This document shows, in pieces, positions 37,901 through 47,100 of a stretch of DNA of 64,000 bases; the first letter of the stretch is position 1; every line of letters begins with the position of its first letter. Below the pieces are notes generated by a model. That model was not told the DNA's origin, did no database searches, and was given only the letters and a program-made list of their open reading frames with translations. This DNA comes from a virus (Duplodnaviria; Caudoviricetes): positions 14,399 to 78,398 of IMG/VR virus record IMGVR_UViG_3300033562_000989. One strand, given 5' to 3'. A program made the translations under genes and the position numbers.

Positions 37901-39566
37901 TGTAGATGAAAGTGAAAGTTATTGAGAATTAGATTTAGATAGAATTGCTAATAAAGTAGCTTTTAGTAGTATAAGAAAACAGACAATGGATCATATTCTT
38001 CCAATTATCACTTCTGCAATATGGTACATGAAATTACAAGCTGGAAAAGATAATACTGATATAAGAAAAGAATTAGATTACATAGAAAAAAGACTTTCAT
38101 TATCAGTTATGGATGCTCCAATTGTTGCAGACGAAGCTAAAGATATAATATTAACAACTTCTATGGTTAAAAGATTTACTACTGCATTTATGTTAGGTTT
38201 AAGACCAGTACTAACAGCAAAAGAATTTGCAATTGGTTTGTATAAAGGAATATCTCTAGCTGCTACTAAAATTTATGGAAAAAATCAATTTAGTTTAGCA
38301 GATTATACCAAAGCAATGAAAGCATTAATGACTATAGATAATCAGTATACACAAGAATTTAATATGATTGATAAAATTAATCATCATTATAGATTTGCTA
38401 ATATGGATGTTAATGCTATGCCTGAAAAACTTAAAACATTTAGAAGAGGTGCCATGTTAGGATTAGGTCCTTGAATGTATTCTACTAGTACATTTGCAGA
38501 TTACAGTAATAGGCTGTCTTTATTCATAGCTAAAATGTACAATGATGGATCTTATGATGCGCATATTTTAGTAAATGGAGAGCTTATATATGATCCTACA
38601 AAAGATAAAAGATTTGAGTACTATTTTCAAAATAGGGATAAGTATATAAATCAAAAAAATGGAGAATATATGGAAAGTAGTACTGATTTGAAATTTAATA
38701 CTCAAAGAAATGTATATCTATTGACAATGAGACAAATAAATGATGAAAATATACTTTTAGGTAAACAGGAACTTGTAGAAAAAGACTTAATAGAATATGC
38801 TTACTCTGAAAAAGAACGTCAAAGTTATAAATCATTTACTGATTCAGTGTATGGGTATTATGATAAAGATTCTCAGGCTGAATGGCATAGTACTTGGTAT
38901 GGATTAATATTTTTACAGTTTCTACAATTCTGACCTGGTAAAATGAATATGTGGTTTGGTAAACCAGATAGTAAACAAACTAACATAGGAGAAATGTTGC
39001 ATAAAACTATGATAAGCCCAACTACAGGAAAAAAAGTACCAGCTTTCATTGAGGTAGTTAGAGATCCAGAGACAGGAGAGGTAATTGATACTATAGATGT
39101 TGAAGAGGATAATAGCAATCCTGCTATGGTTTGAACAGGAACTCCACAGGAAGGTTTGATTTATGCTATAGGATATACTATACAAGATGTTTTAAGAGGA
39201 AATTGAGATCATATAAAAGATATGGAACTTAGAAATAAACGTGTTATGTTTGCTATGTCTGATACTTTAATAATGATGTTAATTTTTGGAATGATAGGAG
39301 CTTTAATTGATGTTTTTGTAGATGAAAATGGGACAGAAGGGATAAATGGTAATACAGCTCAATTTATGCAAGAAGTTAATAAGAAAGTTCTTACTGAAAC
39401 TAATTTATGGAAAAATACACTAGGAGCTATTAAAACAGAGCCTGCCTTTTTCTCTTTTGGAACAAAAGTAGCTGGAGATATACAAGATGTCTTCACAGGA
39501 GATAAATCTATAGAAAAATTAATTTCTAAAAATATTAAAGCATTTGAACTTTGAGATACATTATAA
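34959..39566 (+). CDS. Large ejection-type protein with PD-(D/E)xK nuclease domain and C-terminal TM segment, 1535 aa, TGA=Trp
   Basis: Frame 3 to TAA 39564-39566. GALDIIVISPDGAIHIYDLK...QLALYR; hydrophobic VMFAMSDTLIMMLIFGMIGALIDVFV near the C-terminus. Confidence 0.8.
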
Positions 39567-39571
39567 TAATC

Positions 39572-39617
39572 AAAAAAAAATCCCCATACACACAATTAAG
39601 TGAGTATGGGGATTTTT
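39572..39617. terminator. Bidirectional intrinsic terminator between convergent genes
   Basis: Stem aaaaatccccatac / gtatggggattttt with an A-run on the left and a T-run on the right. Confidence 0.85.
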
Positions 39618-39630
39618 GTATTAAATTATA

Positions 39631-40374
39631 CTAAGTTAAAGTTTTTATAATTGATTGTAATTTTTGTTTATAATTTTTGTCAGTGGCATACCCAGTCTTA
39701 GCCATTATTTCAGCAGCTTTCATTGGATCATTTATACCTTTTACAGCATTATACCTTTTATTTTTTATTAAAAAATCAGCATAATCATTAAAACCTTCCA
39801 TAGCAGTAGCATATTTCCTAAATTTTTGTTTGACGCTTACTAGCCCATTTGGACCTTGTTCTTTAGTTAATAACTCTTGTGTTGCTCCAGTTCAAGAGCT
39901 ATTTGCTTTTATACCTCCAATATTGTTTCCTGGAGTATGAGCTCCTCATCCAGTTTCTAAGCCTACTTGAGCTATTAAAAGCTTTTTATTTATACCTGTT
40001 TTTTTAGACAATTCTTCGAATTCATCATTATACCTACTTAAAAATTCCTTTTTAGATTTAGTAGCTGGTATATTAGAATATTGTACCTCACTGTTTTTAA
40101 ATGGATTATAAAGTAAAGGGTCATCTTTTTTTCTTTCTTTTAATCAATCAACCAAACTTTTAGATTCAATATTATTAGATTTTGATACTTTTGTTACATC
40201 TTCTATAGGAGTTTTAATTCCTAAATAACTATTAAAAAATGGATTATTATTATTTTCTTGTAAAAGATTAGAACCTTCTGGTAAATTATCAAAATAATTT
40301 AATATATGTTCTGGAGAATTTTCTTTAGAAATAAAAGGTTTAAAATTTATAGGATTTATAGGATTTATAGGCAT
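39631..40374 (-). CDS. GH73 (FlgJ-like) glucosaminidase / peptidoglycan hydrolase, 247 aa, TGA=Trp
   Basis: With three TGAs read as Trp: AQVGLETG[W]GAHTPGNNIGGIKANSS[W]TG...FRKYAT..EGFNDYADFL..NKRY...TGYATDKNY. Ends at TAG 39631-39633. Only the N-terminus appears in the ORF track. Confidence 0.88.
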
Positions 40375-40407
40375 ATTATTATACTTTTTTAAATTTATTA
40401 TATTTTG

Positions 40408-40415
40408 CAAATTTA
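40408..40415 (-). promoter_or_regulatory. Possible -7 element for the GH73 gene
   Basis: TAAATTTG on the - strand, 33 nt upstream of ATG 40374; AT-rich context so chance is possible. Confidence 0.35.
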
Positions 40416-40445
40416 ATAAATTAAATTTATATAAAATGTATAAAT

Positions 40446-40494
40446 AAAAAAAAAATAGGGGAAAGAAAGCAATTAAGCCCTCTTTCCCCTATTT
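40446..40494 (-). terminator. Intrinsic terminator ending the replication operon
   Basis: 14-bp stem aaataggggaaaga / tctttcccctattt followed by a U-run on the - strand, right after the ligase stop. Confidence 0.85.
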
Positions 40495-40500
40495 AAGTTT

Positions 40501-41664
40501 TTACATATCATCACTATACCTTACTGATTTAAAGTGTGGCTGCATTGGTATTCCATCAGTAGAATAACCAAAAAATTTAACAGTTCCATAATTATCAATA
40601 ATGTCATCCATATCTAAAATATATTGAGCTTTTTGCTCTCTAGTCCCAACTGGACAAGCACTAAATACTTTTCCTTCTTTGGTTTCTAAAATAAATGCAA
40701 AGTCTTCTGGACGCAATCCATCTTTATAGTCAATAATTTTAAATTCTTCGTCCTGATACAACTTTACTTTGATCCAATCACTGTTCCGCTTTCCGAAACT
40801 GTAATTTTTATCTGGTTTTCTAGCTACTAATCCTTCAAAACCTTCTTCAACCCATTGATTATGTAATTTATCAATCTCCATCCAACTACTAGTAAAGACG
40901 TGATCAATAATTTTAATTTTTGCATTACCTGAAAATTTTTCTTGTAATTCCATTAAGATTTTCAATCTATCTCTAAATTTCATATCTGGAATAGCTAAAT
41001 CGTAAATCCAATATTCAAGTATTTCACAACGATCTTCCCAAGCAGTTAATCGTGCAATACCACTAATTTCTTGTAAAGGTTTACCATGAACATAAAGTTC
41101 ACCATCAAATCTCATAGTTGGATTAGCTTTTAAATAAGAGAATAATTCTTTTCTAATTAAAGCGGTAGAAGCATTATAGTCTTTGCCTCCACGAGATACA
41201 CTATCTACATCATCTTCATTCCACTCCATTGTGCAACGTACCCCATCAAGCTTTTTCGAGCAAGCCATTTCCTTTTCTAATACTGATATTTTACAATCAT
41301 TAGAAGACTTAGCTAATTGAGGTTTTAATTTACCGTTACTATCTGTTTTTAAAACAGGCACAACTTCATCTAATTCAAGCGGCCCCATTAGTTCAAACTT
41401 CTTATTAGTTAAACTGTCTAGTCTTTTATATCCTTTATCAAGATATTTATTAACTATACTATTAAACTCTGATTCAGCTTGTTGTAATACTGTTCTTTTT
41501 GCTTTTCCTTTTTCAATACATAACCTAACTTGATTAGTCATTTTATTTCCGTATTGACCTGTAGTTCTATTAATGTAAAAAACATTTCCATCTTGCTCTA
41601 AACTGGTTATTACAACTTGTACTTTATCTCTTGCATTTCTTGTTACTAATACTATTTCTGTCAT
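40501..41664 (-). CDS. lig: ATP-dependent DNA ligase
   Basis: KKLDGVRC (motif I), FDGELY, EGFEGLV, WIKVK. Confidence 0.9.
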   Translation of the reverse strand: MTEIVLVTRNARDKVQVVITSLEQDGNVFYINRTTGQYGNKMTNQVRLCIEKGKAKRTVLQQAESEFNSIVNKYLDKGYKRLDSLTNKKFELMGPLELDEVVPVLKTDSNGKLKPQLAKSSNDCKISVLEKEMACSKKLDGVRCTMEWNEDDVDSVSRGGKDYNASTALIRKELFSYLKANPTMRFDGELYVHGKPLQEISGIARLTAWEDRCEILEYWIYDLAIPDMKFRDRLKILMELQEKFSGNAKIKIIDHVFTSSWMEIDKLHNQWVEEGFEGLVARKPDKNYSFGKRNSDWIKVKLYQDEEFKIIDYKDGLRPEDFAFILETKEGKVFSACPVGTREQKAQYILDMDDIIDNYGTVKFFGYSTDGIPMQPHFKSVRYSDDM

Positions 41665-41726
41665 TATTATTCTATTACTTCAAATTTAAAATCATCAACT
41701 AAATAACGATCTTCATCAAGTTCATC

Positions 41727-41927
41727 TTATATATCATCTTTAAAATATTTACCGTTTATTTTCACAAACCTTGCATTTTCAAATTTACTATATGTGGGAC
41801 ATGTTGGTATTTCATCATCTTCATCACAAACCCAAAGAGAAATTTCACCTTCATCAACTATATGATAACGATCTCCAATTGAAACTGGATATCCATCAGT
41901 TGTTGTAAAAACTATATTATTTTCCAT
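41727..41927 (-). CDS. Hypothetical protein, 66 aa
   Basis: Intact ORF in a tightly packed operon. Confidence 0.55.
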   Translation of the reverse strand: MENNIVFTTTDGYPVSIGDRYHIVDEGEISLWVCDEDDEIPTCPTYSKFENARFVKINGKYFKDDI

Positions 41928-42089
41928 TTATTCTATTATTTCTGTTGTCCATTCATCATCTGATAAATCTGAGTTTTCTTTAATATCTTCGAAAATTTCA
42001 TTTTTTAATTCTCTTTCAGTACAATGAAACTCAGGATCAAAAAAATCTAATGAATCAAATACTTTTTCAAATGTTACTTTAATTTTCAT
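41928..42089 (-). CDS. Small acidic hypothetical protein, 53 aa (not in track)
   Basis: MKIKVTFEKVFDSLDFFDPEFHCTERELKNEIFEDIKENSDLSDDEWTTEIIE*. Its ATG overlaps the dUTPase TAA and its stop abuts the next ATG. Confidence 0.6.
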   Translation of the reverse strand: MKIKVTFEKVFDSLDFFDPEFHCTERELKNEIFEDIKENSDLSDDEWTTEIIE

Positions 42090-42574
42090 TATTTTACTCC
42101 ACTATCACCGTAACCTGTTTTTCCTCTATCTGATTCATCAAGTGAAGAAACTTCATCCCATTCAATTAATGATACTTTAGTTAAAACTGCTTGTGCAATT
42201 CTATCACCATGTTGAATTTCAAATACATCATCACTTAAATTCATTAAAATAACTCCCCATTCATTTCTATATCCAGAATCAATAGTACCTGGAGTATTTA
42301 AAACAGTTACTCCATTTTTCAAAGCTAATCCACTTCTTGGTCTAACTTGAATTTCATATCCTGGTGGGAAACTTGTATAAAGTCCTGTTGGAATTAATAC
42401 TCTACCACCACTAAATACTAAAAGAGTTTCTCTTTCTTTATCAAATGCAGCTCCCCACATGAATTCTTCTTTTAATCCATTAGAAAAATTAGCACGAAGA
42501 TCCATTCCTGAATCTCCTTGCTTTGCATATTCTGGAAGTTCATTTGAACTTTTATTTATTACTTTTATTATCAT
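42089..42574 (-). CDS. dut: dUTPase (trimeric)
   Basis: GMDLRA, RPRSGLALK, GTIDSGYR, RIAQAV, RGKTGYGDSG. Confidence 0.95.
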   Translation of the reverse strand: MIIKVINKSSNELPEYAKQGDSGMDLRANFSNGLKEEFMWGAAFDKERETLLVFSGGRVLIPTGLYTSFPPGYEIQVRPRSGLALKNGVTVLNTPGTIDSGYRNEWGVILMNLSDDVFEIQHGDRIAQAVLTKVSLIEWDEVSSLDESDRGKTGYGDSGVK

Positions 42575-42811
42575 TTATATTATTTTAAAATTTTCATTAA
42601 ATTCATCTTCTGAATATAAATCAATTAAGTTATTATTTCCTTTTAATACATAATCTCCTATGTATAAGTTTACCAATCCATCCCAACATTTTAGTATTGC
42701 TTGATGTTCATGAAAGATAATTAATGTTTTATCTTCTATAAATTTATATAATTCAGAGTAATCTCCATTAAATTGTATAAATTCATATTCTATTCTTGAA
42801 ATACATTTCAT
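42575..42811 (-). CDS. Hypothetical protein, 78 aa
   Basis: Intact ORF abutting its neighbours. Confidence 0.6.
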   Translation of the reverse strand: MKCISRIEYEFIQFNGDYSELYKFIEDKTLIIFHEHQAILKCWDGLVNLYIGDYVLKGNNNLIDLYSEDEFNENFKII

Positions 42812-42823
42812 TTTTTTATTTTT

Positions 42824-44185
42824 TTATTGTAATATATATACATTGTTTTTACTTCTAGACAAAGCAACATATTGCAACTGTCTTTTTTCTTGTTCATCTC
42901 TACAAAAATCAATACTTTTCATATCAATAAATGTATTATTAATACTACTTCCTTGACTTCGATGTATTGTAGTAGCATATCCTCCATCAAATGATTTTTT
43001 TCTAATTAGCCTATTATCAAAATATAAATCAATGGGAGTTGTAAAACTATTCATAATGCTATAATATTCTTTCCATTTAAGGCCTGCTAATCTACTCTTT
43101 CGTTCTTTTAAATCTATAGCTTCTAATCTAGTATGTTCTATAGTATAAGTTAAAGTTCTGATTTTTTGTTCTGTAATATATTTACTTAGAATATTTACAG
43201 TTTGTTCACATTTATCAGAAGAATCCCATAAAACTAGTTTATATCCAGGATATAAACCAACATGAGGAATATTAATTAAAATACTTTCTGGCTCTTGCAT
43301 TATAATATAATCCATTGAATTCCAAAAAGAATAATCATCAAAAACTAAATTTTCATAACCAGTTATAAATTGAAATTTATTATATTCTTTTTCCAATCCA
43401 AATAATGCTTCTACCATTTTAATATTAAAGTAAGCTACTCTATCATTAGTATATGATAAGATTTTACTTTCTAAAATATCTAAATTTTCAATAGCTTTAT
43501 TAAAATATGGAATTGATTTCATAAAGAAATCTCTTGGTTGAGAAAAAGTATATATTGAACCTTTTTCACAAATATCTGTTTTAAATCGAGGTATAAACTG
43601 TTCTCTACTAATTGGTAATACTTCACTTAATGCACTTTCATGATTTTGACGAAATATTTGAGTTAAAAAATAATTATCTTCTAATTCAAATACTTTAGAA
43701 GTTTGTATTGAATTTACAGGCTTGATTTGCTTAATATCACCCACAAAAATAATTTTAGTGTTAGCAGATTTACATCTATCTATTAATAATCCAAATAAAT
43801 AATCATTAATCATAGAAGATTCATCACAAATAATGATAGAATCAAATGGAAAATAGTTAGACGCTAATTTAGATAAGAATTGTAAATTTCTGAAATCTAA
43901 ATCTATTATATTTATATTTGGTGATAAAGCTAATAATTTATGAACAGTTATACCCTCCTTACCTGTAAATCTTTCTAATACTGTTTTTGCTTTATGTGTA
44001 GGTGCACATAATGTATAATCTATTTTAAGCTTATCTAATTCATCTATTAAAGCTTTTATTAAGAAGCTTTTTCCTGTTCCAGCATAGCCAGATAAGGAAA
44101 AAGCTACTTTTTTAGTTTTTATAAATTTAAGAATTAAATTTAAAGCTTCTTCTTGTTCAATTCCTAATTTTATTATTTCATTCAT
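42824..44185 (-). CDS. Dda/RecD-like SF1B helicase
   Basis: GYAGTGKS, CAPTHKA, DESSM, FVGDIKQ, YATTIHRSQGS, YVALSRSK. Confidence 0.9.
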   Translation of the reverse strand: MNEIIKLGIEQEEALNLILKFIKTKKVAFSLSGYAGTGKSFLIKALIDELDKLKIDYTLCAPTHKAKTVLERFTGKEGITVHKLLALSPNINIIDLDFRNLQFLSKLASNYFPFDSIIICDESSMINDYLFGLLIDRCKSANTKIIFVGDIKQIKPVNSIQTSKVFELEDNYFLTQIFRQNHESALSEVLPISREQFIPRFKTDICEKGSIYTFSQPRDFFMKSIPYFNKAIENLDILESKILSYTNDRVAYFNIKMVEALFGLEKEYNKFQFITGYENLVFDDYSFWNSMDYIIMQEPESILINIPHVGLYPGYKLVLWDSSDKCEQTVNILSKYITEQKIRTLTYTIEHTRLEAIDLKERKSRLAGLKWKEYYSIMNSFTTPIDLYFDNRLIRKKSFDGGYATTIHRSQGSSINNTFIDMKSIDFCRDEQEKRQLQYVALSRSKNNVYILQ

Positions 44186-44187
44186 TA

Positions 44188-47100
44188 TTAATTACATTTG
44201 CTATTACCGCAACTCTTGCAAATTTTACATCCCGCTTCATAAACGATTGTTTCTTGTCCACAATCACTACACTTCTCCCCATGAGATTTAGTACCATCTT
44301 TAATAAATGGTTTAAAAGAACGCATTACACCACTTTTCCAGTTTGTCATTGATTTATTAGAGAAGTTTAAACCATCAATAATAGTAATCATTTTTTCTGG
44401 AGATACACTTTCACGAAGTAATGCAGACATTAATCTAGCATAATTCCAATATTCTTTATCAAAAATACGAGAAAGCCCACCTAAAGTGTTGGTATAACCA
44501 TAACTATCTACATATCTAAAGTCATATCTTGAAGGTTCATCACCATTTTTAACTTTAATAATTATACCTTCAGTTACTGAGGATGGAATTGGAAAAGTAT
44601 CTAAATCTTTTGGTCCTGTAAAAATTTCATATGGTATATCATTCAATATTCCTACAAATGCAATCCAATCTTTTTTCTCATTTTTAAATTGAACTACTTT
44701 ACATTCTAATTCTAATGGACGTTCTGTAACAACTGATTTTTGTTCTTCCTTATGATTAACTAAAATACCACTACGACTTCCTTCTCTATAAACTGTGACT
44801 CCTTTGAGATTGTGTTTCCAAGCTGATTTATATAGTAAATCAATAGTTTCTTTTGGAGTGTTTTCTGGTAAGTTTATAGTGCTAGATATACTATGTGTAG
44901 TATATTTTTGTAATATAGCTTGAGTTCTAATTCTATCAAAGGGTATAATATAATTTGCTGTATTATTAAACCAAGGTGAATTTGCATACATTGCATCTAG
45001 CTCTTCCATAGTTAAAGTATCAATATGTTTATGATAACCTTGTGTGTAATACCAATCTTTAAAACTACCATGAATTACATTGTGATTTGTAAACCCAACT
45101 CCATTTTGATCAACAAAGTCAGCAGTCTCACCTGGATTACATTTCTTTCTTCTTGTATAATAAAGAGAGAATGTCGGCTCACATCCTGAACTTGTTCCAG
45201 CTAACATACTTATGGTCCCAGTAGGAGCAATTGTAGAGAATGAAACGTTACGTCTACCATATTGTTGCATTTTCTTTATTTGAGATGGGAATTCTTGATT
45301 TAAAAATTTATAGAATTCATTTTTTCCAATATATTCATCCATACCTTTAGATTTAGGTGGATTTGGTATAAAAATATACTCTAAGTCTCTATTATAACTA
45401 GGAAAACTACCATTAATAATAGCTAAATCAATTGTTGCATCTAATTCAGCTTTCATTTTTAATTTCATGATGAAATCAGTAGTTTTTTCATCTCCGTAAG
45501 GTAATCCTAAAGCTGCAAACATATCTGCTAATCCAGTAATTCCAACACCAGTTCTTCTACCTTTTCTACCAATTTCTTGAATTTCCTTCCATAATTGTTG
45601 TTCATCTCCTGTAGTAATATCTATAATTCTTTGAACTGCTTCAATCTCTAAATCAACTAGAATATCTCCAATAATTTGTGCTTCATAGAATACTTTATAT
45701 GCTAGATCTTCATCAATCTCAGCATCTTTAGTATATTTATCTTTTACTAGGTTATATAGATTAGAAGCTATTAATCTACATGAATCCTTTGAACTAAGTG
45801 GAATCTCACCACAAGGATTTGTTGAAATTGCTTTAAATTCTGGATATACACTAGCAGGATCATTATCTAAAATATTATCCCAAAATAGTATTCCGGGTTC
45901 TGCGGTATTCCAAGCACATTGAATTATAGAATCCCAAAGTTCTTTTGCTTTGATTTTTTTAATGTATTGTCCATTATTTGATGGAATTAATTCATTATAT
46001 GGTAAATTTTTTTGTTGGATTTTATTATCTAGTACCCAAACCTCTCCTTGTGTATTAATAGGCCATATAAGAATATAATCTTTATCATTCTCTACAGCTT
46101 GCATAAATTCATCATTCAACTTAACAGATATATTAGCACCTGTAATCTTTGAGAGGTTCTGTTTACTTGTGATGAAATCAGGAGAATCAGGATGGCTTAT
46201 ATCTATACTTATCATTAATGCCCCCATTCGGACTATATCACACCTAAATCTCTAGTATTTAGGCTCGGACGCTCTAGCTGGTTATTAAGGGAATCCATTT
46301 TCCCTCCAGTAGTCTCTACACTTTCCTTGAAATGGTTCAAGGCTTAGCTCGGTATTATTCTCTTACGAGACCTTCACCGAATTCATCCAATTTAAGACGC
46401 AGGGCATAGTTTGAAATACCTTCTTTTGACAATAGATTGACATTTATTGTCATTCCATTATCTAACAAACATTCTTTATTATTTATTTTTAAAATTGTAA
46501 AAGATCCTTTTAAATTTATAGAAGATTTTATATTATATTTAGCAAGAGTTCTTTTATCTACAAATTTAACAATATCTCCTTCGTTAAAAGTATATTTTAA
46601 AATTGTATCTCTTAACCAAATTAAATGATTATCACGCTTTCTTTTCAAAAAGTAATCTTCTGTCGGTAAAATTTGTAGGAAATTAAATACATCTAATTCA
46701 TTTGAAAACTCCATTACATAACAATCTTCTCCTGATTTAGGTTTAATTGCTGTAGAAATATCAAAATTTATCAGTATTTTTTGCAGAGATAGTAATAATG
46801 AGTAAGAAGATGTAAATGATACTTTTTGCCAAAGTCTATCACGATCTTTTCTATATCCCCATGTTATGCATCCCTCAGCATCAAAAAACCCTTGTATTAA
46901 ATTTTTATAAAGAAATTGTTTAACTATTGGTAAACTACGTTCTTTTTTTAATCTTCCTCCAATAAAAGTTTGTACATCTTCTATTTTTAATCTAATTGTT
47001 GAGCTTGGAAATTTTTTCTGAGATTTATTATAAGATAAATCATCAACAATATCACAATCAGTAAAAGATTCGATATATTTTAAAATTTCCCTATCATCAT

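Noticed and set aside
410-39554. Treating the many + strand track ORFs as separate genes or pseudogene fragments
   Set aside because: Each group shares one frame and is separated only by TGA, often at conserved Trp positions.
4150-39595. Short - strand ORFs (for example 4150, 5247, 12452, 14705, 20617, 23743, 32898, 34626, 35174, 38873)
   Set aside because: Antisense shadows of long + strand genes with no recognisable motifs.
40345-40372. Short tandem repeats (PINPINPIN; also KAEK repeats near 6700)
   Set aside because: Low-complexity coding repeats with no sign of hypervariability.
40375-40410. TTG start at 40410 for the GH73 gene
   Set aside because: It overlaps the candidate -7 element; ATG 40374 with an AT-rich leader fits better.
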